Assembly: GCF_947504145.1 (NCBI RefSeq)
Contig: NZ_CANNGQ010000001.1
Coordinates: forward strand, 1,112,737-1,176,736
Reading direction: 5' to 3'
Length of the DNA stretch: 64,000 nucleotides
From: an uncultured Microbulbifer sp.
GTDB lineage: Bacteria; Pseudomonadota; Gammaproteobacteria; Pseudomonadales; Cellvibrionaceae
Shown here: in pieces, positions 27,894 through 40,560 of the stretch
Numbering within the stretch: position 1 is the stretch's first letter
How the letters are laid out: each line of letters starts with the position of its first letter
Translations under genes and position numbers: made by a program
The notes under the pieces: generated by a model
The model's database searches: none
What the model was told of the DNA's origin: nothing
The model's input: only the letters and a program-made list of their open reading frames with translations

Positions 27894-29567
27894 TCAGCGC
27901 GGATTCCACTGCAGCAGATTTTCGTTCAACTTCTTGAGCTTGTCCTCGTCCCACCCCTCCGGCTCCGTGAGGTGATACCAGGCATTTACATAGTCCGCAG
28001 GCGCATAACTGTGCCCGTACCCCATGGGCGCAATACCGGCGTGCATATCCATCGCCAGCTGCAGCATGGTAACGATGGGATACCACTGGAGATCAGGTGA
28101 CACATCTCGCGCCCTGGGTTTTTGCATCCACGTGGGCTTGCGGTAGGCGGCCTGGGGCTCAAAAAATACGATGGGGTCACTGCCATGCTGAAGATAGGCG
28201 ATGCGAAAGTGCCCCCAGGGCACCTTTCCCTTGTCGTACCCCTCAAAGTGATTACCAAAGCGCACCATGGCGCCGCCGCGGAACTGCGGCAACCAGGCCG
28301 GTGACCCCGCATCCCGGTGCGCGGTCACGTCTCGCCAGGTATCGCTGCGAAATGGCGGGCCCGTCCACAGGGCCCCGTCGAAGGGATCATCGATAATATC
28401 GAAAAAATCAAACGAACGATCGGAGTTGAGCGCACCGAGACTCAGGCCGAACAGGTACAACTTTGGACGGGTCTCTCTGGGTAACCCACTCCAGTGCCCA
28501 TAGATACTCTGAAACAGCGCCGCGGCGGTTTCTCGCCCATACGCGTCCTCCGTCATCAGTGCGATAGGGCTGGGAAGATAGGAGTACTGCACCGCAACAC
28601 TGGCGATATCCCCAGCGAACAGGTATTCGACAGAGTTGATTGCACCGGGATCTACCCAGCCGGTACCGGTGGGGGTGATCAGGATCAGCACGGATCGCTC
28701 AAAGCCCCCTACCCGCTTGAGCTCTTCCAACGCCAACCGCGCGCGCTCTTTTGGCGAATCTGCCGCGTTCAAGCCCGCGTAGACCCGGACCGGGTCTTTG
28801 GCGCTGCCGGTTAATTTGGCGATATCCTTGGCCGCAGGCCCGAGCGCCAGGTAGCGGCGTCCCTGATGGCCCATATCGTCCCAGTTCAACAGTGACTGGG
28901 GGCTGCCGGCTTTCCCCTCGGCTTGCGGCGGCTTCAAGTCGGGCACGATATTCGCGTCCAGCCGTTGGTAGATGCCATCAATGCGCTTCAGTACGGCGGT
29001 CAGCAATACGCCATCGATCACCGACCAATACAGCCAGAATACCGCCAGCAACCCGAGTATTCCGGATATACGCCGCGGTGCGCGGTTTTCGAGCTTGCCA
29101 AATAGGAAATAAAACAGCGCGCGAAACAGCTTGCCGAGCAACAGGAATACGATGAACAGCGCCAACGCGACTAGCGCTATGGTAAAGGGCCGGACACCGG
29201 GCACATCTTCCATGCCCATCAATGCGCGCAGTGAGTTCTGCCAGTGGGTCGCCCGCCACAGGAAACCCAGCGCGGTCAGCAGGCAGATCAGGCCGCCAAT
29301 CCGGGCCAGCACGCGGCTGGTTCCCGCGCTCGCCACTGGCAACTCCAGGAAGCGCCACAGCCAGACGATTAGCACACCGACTGCGTACCCGGCGGAAAGT
29401 GCCACACCGGAGATGATCCCCTGCGTTACCCCTTCGCGAGGAATGAGGGATGGCGTGAGCGAGATTGCGAAGAAAATCATCCCGACCAGGACGCCAGAAG
29501 TGGTAAAAAATTGTCTGATTGCCATCCTTGGATGCTCGAGACGTCGGACCAAAATTCTACTTAGCAT
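27894..29567 (-). CDS. Membrane-anchored alpha/beta hydrolase (Abhydrolase_9-like)
   Basis: N-terminal TM region. VRVYAGL, TPTGTGWVD, QYSYLPS, nucleophile elbow GLSLG, HGSDPI. Confidence 0.85.
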   Translation of the reverse strand: MLSRILVRRLEHPRMAIRQFFTTSGVLVGMIFFAISLTPSLIPREGVTQGIISGVALSAGYAVGVLIVWLWRFLELPVASAGTSRVLARIGGLICLLTALGFLWRATHWQNSLRALMGMEDVPGVRPFTIALVALALFIVFLLLGKLFRALFYFLFGKLENRAPRRISGILGLLAVFWLYWSVIDGVLLTAVLKRIDGIYQRLDANIVPDLKPPQAEGKAGSPQSLLNWDDMGHQGRRYLALGPAAKDIAKLTGSAKDPVRVYAGLNAADSPKERARLALEELKRVGGFERSVLILITPTGTGWVDPGAINSVEYLFAGDIASVAVQYSYLPSPIALMTEDAYGRETAAALFQSIYGHWSGLPRETRPKLYLFGLSLGALNSDRSFDFFDIIDDPFDGALWTGPPFRSDTWRDVTAHRDAGSPAWLPQFRGGAMVRFGNHFEGYDKGKVPWGHFRIAYLQHGSDPIVFFEPQAAYRKPTWMQKPRARDVSPDLQWYPIVTMLQLAMDMHAGIAPMGYGHSYAPADYVNAWYHLTEPEGWDEDKLKKLNENLLQWNPR

Positions 29568-29745
29568 AGTCGGACTATGGCCGCGCGATGACCAGCCCAG
29601 AAAAACAGACGCCGGGTATTGTTCGGCGACAACTGAACGCGGTCCCCGACTCCTGAAATGAGGAAAAACGTGAAGAAATCCGCGTGTTTAGGCACAATAT
29701 CTGCTTTAATGCCGAACAAGTCGAATAATCAATCTGGAGAGCCCA

Positions 29746-30060
29746 ATGTTCTCAACTCGCCACAAGATTTCTTCCCTGCGCGCCCTGTCACTCGCAAGCC
29801 TGCTGGGCGGTGCATTTTTAGCCAGCAGCGCCACTTTGGCAGATACCGTGGAAGTTCCGGTCGGAAGCCAGGGCTATGTCACCGAAGCGGACCATTTGCG
29901 CGGCAAAAAGCAGGAGCAGGTCACTACTGAGCTCGGCGAGCCGCTGAACATTCAGGGCCCGGTTGGCGAACCCGCAATTACCCGCTGGGAATACGCCGGT
30001 TTTTTCGTCTACTTCGAATATGACCGGGTACTGCATACCGTTAAAAAGCATCAGGGATAA
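29746..30060 (+). CDS. Small exported protein (SmpA/OmlA-like motif)
   Basis: Signal peptide and GKKQEQV..LGEP....GPVGEPAITRWEY motif. Confidence 0.75.
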   Translation: MFSTRHKISSLRALSLASLLGGAFLASSATLADTVEVPVGSQGYVTEADHLRGKKQEQVTTELGEPLNIQGPVGEPAITRWEYAGFFVYFEYDRVLHTVKKHQG

Positions 30061-30245
30061 GTCTTAGCAAGCCACATCCCCTTCCCGCCCCCTGGCTTCA
30101 CTCCAAATCGAACCTGGCCCAGCCCTCGGGCGACAGAGTACTTACGCTGTCGCCTGCTAAACTCATGCTGGGTTGAGGCCGTTCTATTCGTTCACTTTCC
30201 GCCTCCCCGCCGACCTTGACCTCTTAACACTTTCAAGCGGCAACT

Positions 30246-30932
30246 ATGAGCAACCCCGAGCGTACTCGAATTACCCCCAATCGCGCGGCGTACGAATGCC
30301 TCGATGGCAGCAGCCTGCAGCTGGACAAGCGCCTGCCGCCCCGCAATCTGTCGGACCGCATTGCGCTGGGTGTAGTGAACCTTCTGCGGTTTATTGCCGA
30401 CACGTTTTTTGCCAAGCGTTACGGCAACCGCGCCATTGTTCTGGAGACCGTCGCCGCGGTACCCGGCATGGTAGGTGGCACGTTGCAGCACCTGAAATGT
30501 TTGCGCCGCTTGTGTGATGACGATGGCTGGATATTCACCCTACTGGATGAAGCAGAAAACGAGCGCATGCACCTGATGACGTTCATGGAAATCATCCATC
30601 CCACCTGGTATGAACGGCTGATTGTGGTGATAGTGCAGGCAGTTTTCTACAACGCCTTTTTCCTGCTGTATCTGATTTCCGATAAGACAGCGCACCGCCT
30701 GGTAGGATACTTTGAAGAAGAAGCCGTGGTCAGCTATACGCTCTATCTGGAGCGTATCGACAGTGGCCATGAGGAGAATGTGCCAGCCCCGCAGGTAGCA
30801 ATTGATTACTGGGGATTGTCAGAAGATGCGCGACTGCGCGATGTGGTGGAAATCATACGTGCCGATGAAGTGATGCACCGCGACACCAATCATCAATTTG
30901 CTGACCTCATATCCGAAGGAAAGCACTTTTGA
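30246..30932 (+). CDS. aox: Alternative oxidase (di-iron ubiquinol oxidase)
   Basis: LETVAAVPGM, EAENERMHL, GYFEEEA, RADE..HRD di-iron motifs. Confidence 0.93.
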   Translation: MSNPERTRITPNRAAYECLDGSSLQLDKRLPPRNLSDRIALGVVNLLRFIADTFFAKRYGNRAIVLETVAAVPGMVGGTLQHLKCLRRLCDDDGWIFTLLDEAENERMHLMTFMEIIHPTWYERLIVVIVQAVFYNAFFLLYLISDKTAHRLVGYFEEEAVVSYTLYLERIDSGHEENVPAPQVAIDYWGLSEDARLRDVVEIIRADEVMHRDTNHQFADLISEGKHF

Positions 30933-30965
30933 AGCGGCGCTCTTCTCAGTGTACCCACCGTTGAA

Positions 30966-31433
30966 TCAGTAGAGAAAAGTCGCGGTACCGGTGGCAATCA
31001 ACTCGTCGCGGTCATTGTGCAGTTCCATCCGGCTGACTACCAATTTATTGCCCACCCGTAGAATTTTTCCATCACACACAAAGTGCTGGCCGCGGCCGGG
31101 TTTGAGATAATCTACCCGCATGTCCACAGTTCCCAGCCGAATCAGCCGCTGGATTTTTTCATCCCACCCAATAGCACCGCCCATGCGCTGGTAGGCAGCT
31201 ACCATCGCCGTCAGCCCACCGACCGTATCCAGCGCGGTAGCGATAACGCCTCCGTGCAGAATATTCTGGAAGTGGTTGCCGATCAGCTTCGGGTTCAAAT
31301 CGAACTTTGCAGAGAGGGTCTGTTGTTCGAGGTCGAAATCGTGCAACCGGAGACCGATCTCACGGACAAAGGGGATATCCGAAAATATCCCCTCCACCAT
31401 AGTGCGAAATTCTGCCGGAGACGGCTCACTCAC
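30966..31433 (-). CDS. PaaI/hotdog-fold thioesterase
   Basis: LIGN...[24 protein letters not shown]. Confidence 0.88.
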   Translation of the reverse strand: MSEPSPAEFRTMVEGIFSDIPFVREIGLRLHDFDLEQQTLSAKFDLNPKLIGNHFQNILHGGVIATALDTVGGLTAMVAAYQRMGGAIGWDEKIQRLIRLGTVDMRVDYLKPGRGQHFVCDGKILRVGNKLVVSRMELHNDRDELIATGTATFLY

Positions 31434-32827
31434 AGCCGTGTAATCCGGTTGAGACCATCCAGTGCCGCACTGCGATAGGCTTCCGCCATGGTCGGGTAGT
31501 TGAATGTGGTATTCACAAAGAAATCGATGGAATTGTTCGGCGCTGGTTGTTTCATGATTGCCTGGCCGATGTGCACAATCTCTGCGGCCTCAGCACCGAA
31601 ACAGTGAATCCCGAGGATCTCACGGGTTTCGATATGGAACAGGATTTTCAGCATGCCTACCCGCTCGCCGGAAATCTGCGCGCGCGCCGTGTGCTTGAAC
31701 AACGCACGGCCCACTTCGTACGGCACCTTGGCATTCGTCAGCTCGGTCTCTGTTTTGCCGACCGAAGAAATTTCCGGCAGGGTGTAAATACCTGTGGGCG
31801 CATCTTCGATGACGCGATGGCCGCGGCCAACGATTGCAGCGGCAACCGCCCTACCCTGGTCGTAGGATGCACTGGCAAGGCTCGGCCAACCAATCACATC
31901 ACCCACCGCAAACACATTCTCCACTGCCGTGCAGTAATGATCATCCACCGCGAGTTGTCCGCGGTGATTCGCCTCGAGACCGATTTTATCGAGCCCCAGA
32001 GACCCGGTATTACCAGAGCGTCCGTTACACCAAAGTAATGCATCGGCCCAGATTCGCTTGCCCGATTGCATTTCCATGGTGACACCGCGATCGGTGCCGA
32101 TCACTTTCGCGTACTCCTCGCGGTGGCGAACGGTGACGCCCATATCTCGCAGGTGGTAGCTCAGTGCATCGGAAATTTCGTCGTCGAGGAATTCCAGCAG
32201 GTGATTCCGGCTGTTGATCAGATCCACCTTCATGCCCAGCGCGGCAAATATCGAGGCGTATTCACAGCCAATTACGCCAGCACCATAAATGATGATGGCC
32301 TGGGGCGTGTGTTCCATATCCAGGATGGTATCGCTGTCGTACACCCGTGGGTGCGCAAAATCCACATCCGCTGGATGATACGGGCGGGAGCCAGTAGCGA
32401 TGATAAATTTCTCTGCGGTGATGATTTCCTTGGCACCGTCCGCCAGCTGTACCTCGACGCTGTTGGCATCGCGGAACTGGGCATCGCCGACGATCAGGTC
32501 CACGCGGTTGCGCGCATAAAAACTAGTGTGCATTTCCACCTGGTAGGAAATGACTTTGTTGACCGTCTGCATCACTTGCGGAAAGGTCAAACGGCGCGGC
32601 TCACCCAGTGCACGGAATACACTCTGGGTGTTGTAACGCATCAACTGTTTCACCGAGTGGCGCAACGCTTTGGACGGAATCGTCCCTTTGTGGGTACAGT
32701 TGCCGCCAACCGATGCACTGCGCTCGATCACCGCTGCACGCAGCCCTTTCTTGGCTGCGCTCATGGCCGCGGCTTCCCCCGCCGGGCCAGAACCAATTAC
32801 CACCAGATCGTACTTGGAATCTGCCAT
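31430..32827 (-). CDS. sthA: Soluble pyridine nucleotide transhydrogenase
   Basis: [44 protein letters not shown]. Confidence 0.95.
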   Translation of the reverse strand: MADSKYDLVVIGSGPAGEAAAMSAAKKGLRAAVIERSASVGGNCTHKGTIPSKALRHSVKQLMRYNTQSVFRALGEPRRLTFPQVMQTVNKVISYQVEMHTSFYARNRVDLIVGDAQFRDANSVEVQLADGAKEIITAEKFIIATGSRPYHPADVDFAHPRVYDSDTILDMEHTPQAIIIYGAGVIGCEYASIFAALGMKVDLINSRNHLLEFLDDEISDALSYHLRDMGVTVRHREEYAKVIGTDRGVTMEMQSGKRIWADALLWCNGRSGNTGSLGLDKIGLEANHRGQLAVDDHYCTAVENVFAVGDVIGWPSLASASYDQGRAVAAAIVGRGHRVIEDAPTGIYTLPEISSVGKTETELTNAKVPYEVGRALFKHTARAQISGERVGMLKILFHIETREILGIHCFGAEAAEIVHIGQAIMKQPAPNNSIDFFVNTTFNYPTMAEAYRSAALDGLNRITRL

Positions 32828-32872
32828 TGATTTACTGTCTTTTGCTTTTATGGGTGAATCAGATTGGTTAAA

Positions 32873-33139
32873 TCAGGAACGCTTGTTCTGCTTGCTCGTT
32901 GCGTCATAGGCAAGATCAGATTCAGCGGCCGCTTCCGCGAGGGCTACCTGGCGCTGACGCTCCTGTTCCTTTTCACACTCGTCGTCATCGCCACCGCAGA
33001 TATCGCAGTCGCGTTTCATACCGATGTTGTTCAGGCCACCACAGGAGCCTTTGAGCGGCTTGTTCTGCACAATCATACCGATTGCCATGCCGGCCACGAT
33101 CAGCAGCATAATAATGAACGCAAAAATATAAATAGTCAC
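32873..33139 (-). CDS. nqrM: Na+-NQR maturation factor
   Basis: N-terminal TM helix, LKGSCGG and C..C motif. Follows apbE. Confidence 0.88.
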   Translation of the reverse strand: MTIYIFAFIIMLLIVAGMAIGMIVQNKPLKGSCGGLNNIGMKRDCDICGGDDDECEKEQERQRQVALAEAAAESDLAYDATSKQNKRS

Positions 33140-33141
33140 GG

Positions 33142-34194
33142 TTACCTCCCCTGACTTTCAAGATATGGCTGGAAAGCGCTACTGGCGCGCTCTTCAAAGC
33201 CGGAATCAGTTTTTACCAGTAGAAACACCGCCAGTTGCAGCTCTTCTGCCAATTGTAACGCTGCCTCCGCCCCCATCACATTGAGGGCCGTGGCGTAGCC
33301 GTCGGCTTCGGCACAGGTACCAGCAATCACGGTGACCGACGCCAGGCGGTGCTCCACCGGGGCGCCAGTGCGCGGGTCGATGATATGGGCGTAGCGTTTG
33401 CCATCGCGCTCATAATAATTGCGGTAGTCCCCGGAGGTGGCGACTCCCCGGTCGCTGACCTGAATAGGCTGTTGTACCACCTGCCCCGCAGAAGGTCGCT
33501 CGATACCGATTCTCCAGGTTTTCCCCGATGGGTTTACGCCGCCAGTGCGCAACTCACCACCGATCTCGACGAGGAAGTTCGCAATACCTCGTTGGACCAG
33601 TAAATCCGCCACACGATCCACGCCGTGTCCTTTCGCAATGGCCGACAGGTCAATCTCTACTGGACGGGACCGGGAGAGCTGTTGACCGTCGATACGCAGC
33701 GCGTCCGAACCAATCTGCTCGCGCAATGCACGGATTTGTGCCGCGTCCGGGATCACTTCAGGCTCCAAGTCTGGGCCGAACCCCCACAAATTGACCAGTG
33801 GGCCCACGGTCACATCAAAGGCACCGCTGCTATTGCGGTAGATCTCCAGGGAGCGCTCGATGACTTCTGCCAGGTGGGCCGAGACGTCCACTGGCTCACC
33901 CACCGAGGCGCGGTTAAAGCGCATCAGCTCGGAATCCGGAATATAGGTCGACATCTCCTGATTGACCGCATCCAGCTCCGCATCGATAGCGGTCTGCAAT
34001 TCTGCCCGCTCAACACCCTCGGGCACATCCACCAGGGTGATGTGGTAGGCGGTACCCATGGTGGGGCCAGTCAATTTCCAGACGGTTTTGTCCTGGCCGC
34101 ACCCCGCAAGTACAGCCAGTACAACGAGCACAAACAAAAACAGGGCCGATAAGAGCGGCCCTGTTTTTGTGGATGTAATGTCACGTCCAATCAT
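33142..34194 (-). CDS. apbE: FAD:protein FMN transferase (ApbE lipoprotein)
   Basis: Lipobox LAG-C, TMGT, MSTY..DSEL, DLSAIAKG, ATSGDY, HIIDPRTG, AD..ATA. Confidence 0.95.
   Translation of the reverse strand: MIGRDITSTKTGPLLSALFLFVLVVLAVLAGCGQDKTVWKLTGPTMGTAYHITLVDVPEGVERAELQTAIDAELDAVNQEMSTYIPDSELMRFNRASVGEPVDVSAHLAEVIERSLEIYRNSSGAFDVTVGPLVNLWGFGPDLEPEVIPDAAQIRALREQIGSDALRIDGQQLSRSRPVEIDLSAIAKGHGVDRVADLLVQRGIANFLVEIGGELRTGGVNPSGKTWRIGIERPSAGQVVQQPIQVSDRGVATSGDYRNYYERDGKRYAHIIDPRTGAPVEHRLASVTVIAGTCAEADGYATALNVMGAEAALQLAEELQLAVFLLVKTDSGFEERASSAFQPYLESQGR
34136..34168 (-). terminator. Terminator-like hairpin within the first codons of apbE
   Basis: Minus strand AAAAACAGGGCCG-CTCTTAT-CGGCCCTGTTTTTG. 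Confidence 0.7.
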
Positions 34195-34200
34195 GCGCGA

Positions 34201-35427
34201 TCAGCCACCGAAGTCGTCGAGCAGGATGTTGTCATCCTCTACGCCGAGGTCTTTCAGCATGTTGATCACCGCCGCGTTCATCATGGGCGGTCCGCACATG
34301 TAGTACTCGCAATCTTCCGGTGCCGGGTGGTCCTTCAGATAGTTCTCGTAAACTACATTGTGGATGAAACCGGTGTAGCCTTCCCAGTTGTCTTCCGGCT
34401 GTGGATCCGACAGGGCAATATGCCACTTGAAGTTGTCGAACTCATCCTGCAGGCCGTTGTAGTCATCCTCGTAGAACATCTCACGCAGAGAGCGCGCACC
34501 GTACCAGAAGCTGATCTTGCGCGTGGAGTGCAGACGCTTGAGCTGGTCGAAGATGTGCGAGCGCATCGGCGCCATACCGGCACCACCACCAATGAAGACC
34601 ATTTCGTTATCGGTATCCTTGGCGAAGAACTCACCGAAGGGACCGTAAACGCGCATCTTGTCACCTGGCTTCAGGTTAAAGACGTAGGAAGACATCTGGC
34701 CCGGCGGAATACCTTCGGTACGCGGCGGCGGCGTGGCGATACGGATGTTGAACTTAACAACGCCCTTCTCTTCCGGGTAGTTGGCCATGGAGTAGGCGCG
34801 AACCACCGGCTCGGTCACTTTGGACTCCATTTTGAAGAAGCCAAAATTTTCCCAGTCGCCACGGTACTCTTCTTCGATATCGAAATCGGAGAATTTCACG
34901 TGATGGGGTGGCGCTTCCAGCTGAACGTAACCACCTGCGCGGAAATCGACATTTTCGCCTTCTGGCAGCTTCAGGGTCAGCTCTTTAATGAAGGTGGCAA
35001 CGTTGGGGTTGGACTCCACAACGCACTCCCACTGCTTCACACCGAAGACCTCTTCCGGCACTTCGATTTTCATGTCCTGCTTAACCGCAACCTGACAGGA
35101 AAGGCGCTTGCCTTCCTTGGCTTCACGGGGTGTGAAGTGCTGCGCTTCGGTGGGGAGCATGTCGCCGCCACCTTCGCTAATGTTGCACACACACTGAGCA
35201 CAGGAGCCACCGCCACCACAGGCAGAGGCGAGGAACAGGTTGTTCGCCGCCAGAGTCTGCAGCAGCTTACCGCCGGCCGGTACGGTGAGGGTTTTCTCAC
35301 CATTAACCACGATGTTGACGTCACCGGTGTTCACCAGGCGCGAGCGGGCAACCAGAATGATTGCTACCAGCGCCAGCACGATCACGGTGAACATGCCTAC
35401 GCCAAAATAAATATCCGTTAATTCCAT
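34201..35427 (-). CDS. nqrF: Na+-NQR subunit F
   Basis: [48 protein letters not shown]. Confidence 0.97.
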   Translation of the reverse strand: MELTDIYFGVGMFTVIVLALVAIILVARSRLVNTGDVNIVVNGEKTLTVPAGGKLLQTLAANNLFLASACGGGGSCAQCVCNISEGGGDMLPTEAQHFTPREAKEGKRLSCQVAVKQDMKIEVPEEVFGVKQWECVVESNPNVATFIKELTLKLPEGENVDFRAGGYVQLEAPPHHVKFSDFDIEEEYRGDWENFGFFKMESKVTEPVVRAYSMANYPEEKGVVKFNIRIATPPPRTEGIPPGQMSSYVFNLKPGDKMRVYGPFGEFFAKDTDNEMVFIGGGAGMAPMRSHIFDQLKRLHSTRKISFWYGARSLREMFYEDDYNGLQDEFDNFKWHIALSDPQPEDNWEGYTGFIHNVVYENYLKDHPAPEDCEYYMCGPPMMNAAVINMLKDLGVEDDNILLDDFGG

Positions 35428-35445
35428 TCTATTCGACCTCCCCGC

Positions 35446-36054
35446 TTAGATATCGATGCCGCCGAAGGACATGAAGCCCAGCGACATGAGACCAACGGTA
35501 ATGAAGGTGATGCCCAGACCTTTCAGGCCGTTCGGCACATCGCTGTACTTCATGCGCTCGCGAATCCCCGCCAGGGCGGCAATCGCCAACGCCCAGCCGA
35601 GGCCAGCGCCGAAGCCGTAGGCAACACTTTCACCAAAATTGTATTCGCGCTCCACCATGAACAGCGACGCACCCATGATGGCGCAGTTCACGGTAATCAG
35701 CGGCAGGAACACACCCAGGGCGTTGTAGAGCGCCGGTACATACTTATCCAGGAACATCTCCAGGATCTGTACCAATGCAGCAATTACGCCAATGTAAGAC
35801 AGCAGGCCGAGGAAGCTCAGGTCCACGTTCGGATAGCCAGCCCAGGCCAGCGCGCCGTCTTTCAGCAGGTAGGTGTAAATCAGGTTGTTAACCGGAACGG
35901 TGATGGTCAGTACTACGATTACCGCAACACCAAGGCCAATCGCCGCTTCGACCTTCTTGGATACCGCGAGGAAGGTACACATCCCGAGGAAGAAGGCCAG
36001 CGCCATGTTTTCAATGAAAACGGCGCGAATGATCAGGGAAATAAAATGTTCCAT
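35446..36054 (-). CDS. nqrE: Na+-NQR subunit E
   Basis: [32 protein letters not shown]. Confidence 0.97.
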   Translation of the reverse strand: MEHFISLIIRAVFIENMALAFFLGMCTFLAVSKKVEAAIGLGVAVIVVLTITVPVNNLIYTYLLKDGALAWAGYPNVDLSFLGLLSYIGVIAALVQILEMFLDKYVPALYNALGVFLPLITVNCAIMGASLFMVEREYNFGESVAYGFGAGLGWALAIAALAGIRERMKYSDVPNGLKGLGITFITVGLMSLGFMSFGGIDI

Positions 36055-36057
36055 CTA

Positions 36058-36738
36058 TCAGGCCTCCTGTTGCGCCAACGGCACTTTAGAGTTGGACGTA
36101 ATCTTGAACTCGTCCTCTTCAACCTGTTCCGGTTTCCAGGCGCGAATAGCCCAGATAAACAGACCGATCAGGAAGAAAGCGCTCGGCGGCAGCAGCAGCA
36201 TGCCGTTGGGCACGTACCAGCCACCATTGTTAATGGATGGCAGAATTTCCACACCCATCAACTTACCGGCTCCGAAGAGTTCGCGAACGATCGCGAGGCC
36301 AATCAGGATCACGCTGTAACCCAGACCGTTACCGACACCGTCGAAGAAGCTGTCTTTGGGACCGTGCTTCATGGCGAAGGCTTCCGCGCGGCCCATCACG
36401 ATACAGTTGGTAATAATCAGACCAACGAATACCGAGAGCTGCTTGGAAATGTCAAAGGCCACCGCTTTCAGCACCTGATCTACCAGGATTACCAGAGAGG
36501 CAATCACGGTCATCTGTACGATGATCCGGATGCTACCCGGGATCTGGTTACGGATCAGAGATACTGCGGTGTTGGAAAATGCCACAACTGTGGTCAGCGC
36601 GATACACATTACCAGCGTCACCTGAAGTGAGCTGGTTACCGCCAGTGCGGAACAGATACCGAGGATCTGCAACGCAATGGGGTTATTGTTGAAAATCGGC
36701 TCCAGCAGAGTGTCTTTCAATTTCATGCTCATGCTCAC
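36058..36738 (-). CDS. nqrD: Na+-NQR subunit D
   Basis: [34 protein letters not shown]. Confidence 0.97.
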   Translation of the reverse strand: MSMSMKLKDTLLEPIFNNNPIALQILGICSALAVTSSLQVTLVMCIALTTVVAFSNTAVSLIRNQIPGSIRIIVQMTVIASLVILVDQVLKAVAFDISKQLSVFVGLIITNCIVMGRAEAFAMKHGPKDSFFDGVGNGLGYSVILIGLAIVRELFGAGKLMGVEILPSINNGGWYVPNGMLLLPPSAFFLIGLFIWAIRAWKPEQVEEDEFKITSNSKVPLAQQEA

Positions 36739-37517
36739 GCCTCCCCTGCTTTCAGGTTTTTCAGGAAGGGACCGAAGCCCTCACTGCCCAGCCAGAAGTT
36801 GATCAGGTTGTTGACGCCACGGCTGGTCAGGGTGGCGCCGGACAGGCCGTCCACCTGATGTACCGCATTGGCGTTGTTCGGATCGACACTGCCCTTGATC
36901 ACACTGATATCTACATTGCGTTCACTGTCGAAGACCTGCTTGCCTTCCCACTGTGATTTCCAGCGCGGGTTGTCCACCTCACCGCCCAGTCCGGGGGTTT
37001 CCTTGTGCTCGTAGAAGCCAAGGCCCGCTACGGTCTTCAGGTCGTTCTCCAGTGCCAGGAAGCCGTACATCTGGCCCCACAGACCGGAACCGCGAACCGG
37101 CAGGATGATGCGTTGCAGCTCACCGTTGTCTTCCACCAGGTACACCTCTTTGGTGTTTTCCCGGCGAATGATTCGGGCGATGTCCTGGTCCGCGGGCAGA
37201 CGCTCGCTGGAACCGGCATCCTTGGCTGCAGCGCGACCGCTACCACCAGCCGGCGCTTGGTCGGTGAATTTGCCAGTGCTCAGGTCAACATACTTGATGG
37301 TGACATTGCCGAAGGCTTCTTCGATTGCTTTGGCGCTGGTCTGACCCGGCTCGATCAGGCCACCGGCCAGCAGAACATTCTTTTTCATGTCCAGCTGGGC
37401 GTTAGCGACCTGCTTGGGCTTGAGCATTACTGCAGCGGTGGAAACGACCACCGAGCAGACAATACACAGTACCAGCGCAACGATCAGGGTACCTTTTACG
37501 GAATCTTTATTAGCCAC
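36735..37517 (-). CDS. nqrC: Na+-NQR subunit C
   Basis: [17 protein letters not shown] site [10 protein letters not shown]. Start moved to GTG at 37517 (MANKDS). Confidence 0.96.
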   Translation of the reverse strand: MANKDSVKGTLIVALVLCIVCSVVVSTAAVMLKPKQVANAQLDMKKNVLLAGGLIEPGQTSAKAIEEAFGNVTIKYVDLSTGKFTDQAPAGGSGRAAAKDAGSSERLPADQDIARIIRRENTKEVYLVEDNGELQRIILPVRGSGLWGQMYGFLALENDLKTVAGLGFYEHKETPGLGGEVDNPRWKSQWEGKQVFDSERNVDISVIKGSVDPNNANAVHQVDGLSGATLTSRGVNNLINFWLGSEGFGPFLKNLKAGEA

Positions 37518-38721
37518 GTGCCAACCTCCGTTTGATATGGGACTGCACAACGAAGTGGTCAAACAGCGGGGCGAACAGGTTGGCGAACAGGATCGCCAGC
37601 ATCATGCCTTCCGGGAATGCCGGGTTCACCACGCGGATCAATACACACATCACGCCGATGAGGATGCCGTACCACCAGCGACCGGCGTCGGTCATTGCGG
37701 CGGATACCGGGTCGGTAGTCATGAAGATCAGGCCAAAGGCGAAACCGCCCACGACCAAGTGCCAGTACCAGGGCACACCGAACATCTGATTGGTTTCAGA
37801 GCCGATCATGTTGAACATGGTCGCAGTGGCCATCATGCCCAGCAGGGTGCCGGCGACAATGCGCCAGCTGGCGATTTTCATACCGATCAGGATCACACCT
37901 GCAAGCAGCATGGCGAGGGTGGAGGTTTCACCGATGGAACCGTGCATGTTGCCGACAAATGCATCCATCCAGGTCAGCTGGCCAGAGGGCACGCCTACCG
38001 CGCCATTCTGAATGCCTTCGCTGGCCATGACGGACAGCGCGGTCGCACCGGTGTAACCGTCAACCGCGGTCCACACCAGGTCGCCGGACATGGCAGCCGG
38101 ATAGGCGAAGAACAGGAACGCACGGCCGGTAAGTGCCGGGTTGAGGAAGTTTTTGCCGGTACCACCGAACACTTCCTTACCGATCACCACACCGAAGCTG
38201 ATGCCCATGGCCACCATCCACAGCGGCAGATCCGGCGGACAGGTCAGAGCGAACAGGATGGAGGTGACGAAGAAGCCTTCATTCACTTCGTGGCCACGCA
38301 CCGCAGCGAACAGCACTTCCCAGATACCACCGACGATGAAGGTCACCGCGTAGATAGGCAGGAAGTACATGGCACCGTGGATGAAGTTATCCCACAGGCT
38401 GTTGGCGTCGTAGCTGGACAGAGCACCGATGATGGCATGGCGCCACCCGCTCAGATCCACGTTTTCCATACCCGCGATAATGGTGTTGGCCTGGAAGCCC
38501 ACGTTCCACATACCGTACATCATGGGGATCATGGCGCACGCCCACACGGTGATCATGATGCGCTTCAGGTCGATGCCGTCGCGCACATGTGCGGTGGTTT
38601 TGGTGCGGTCTGCAGGCTGGAAGAGACCGGTGTCGATCGCTTCAAACAGCGCGTAGAACTTTTCGTATTTGCCGCCTTTGTGGAAATGCGGCTCCATAGA
38701 GTCGAGTAGTTTGCGCAACAT
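37510..38721 (-). CDS. nqrB: Na+-NQR subunit B
   Basis: [45 protein letters not shown]. Confidence 0.97.
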   Translation of the reverse strand: MLRKLLDSMEPHFHKGGKYEKFYALFEAIDTGLFQPADRTKTTAHVRDGIDLKRIMITVWACAMIPMMYGMWNVGFQANTIIAGMENVDLSGWRHAIIGALSSYDANSLWDNFIHGAMYFLPIYAVTFIVGGIWEVLFAAVRGHEVNEGFFVTSILFALTCPPDLPLWMVAMGISFGVVIGKEVFGGTGKNFLNPALTGRAFLFFAYPAAMSGDLVWTAVDGYTGATALSVMASEGIQNGAVGVPSGQLTWMDAFVGNMHGSIGETSTLAMLLAGVILIGMKIASWRIVAGTLLGMMATATMFNMIGSETNQMFGVPWYWHLVVGGFAFGLIFMTTDPVSAAMTDAGRWWYGILIGVMCVLIRVVNPAFPEGMMLAILFANLFAPLFDHFVVQSHIKRRLARG

Positions 38722-38723
38722 CC

Positions 38724-40094
<1,371 letters not shown>

Positions 40095-40560
40095 TTAAAA
40101 AGCTTCTAGGTTAAAAACGCTAAAAATAGAGGAACCCGTAGCGGGGGCTTAGGCCGTGGCGAGCCGGAAACAAGCCTGAAAGTGAGACTATAAATAGTAG
40201 TCACTGCAGGATGGCACCACAGATAAGAAGATGTCGCTCAGCGGCCGGGACGCGCACAGACCCGCCATTGCCTTGGCAACTCGCAGTCTTTGCGCAAATA
40301 TTTCCCGGCACACGGCAGCCCCGCAAAATCGCGCGCATTATAAGTACGGGGCCGGGGGTTTACCAGAGCAGATGGAGCCAAATCGACTCAAGATGAGGAA
40401 ATTTTTGCTGAAAAAACAACGACTTTAGTGGGAGGCGCCGCCTCATCACCCGTCTCAGCAAGAAAAGATGGTATGGCGCAGGATTGATCTGCCAGACCAA
40501 TTACCTGCGCCATGGAACCCGCGGGAAGGCGTTGACGCCCCTCCCCCGGCCAATAGGCAC

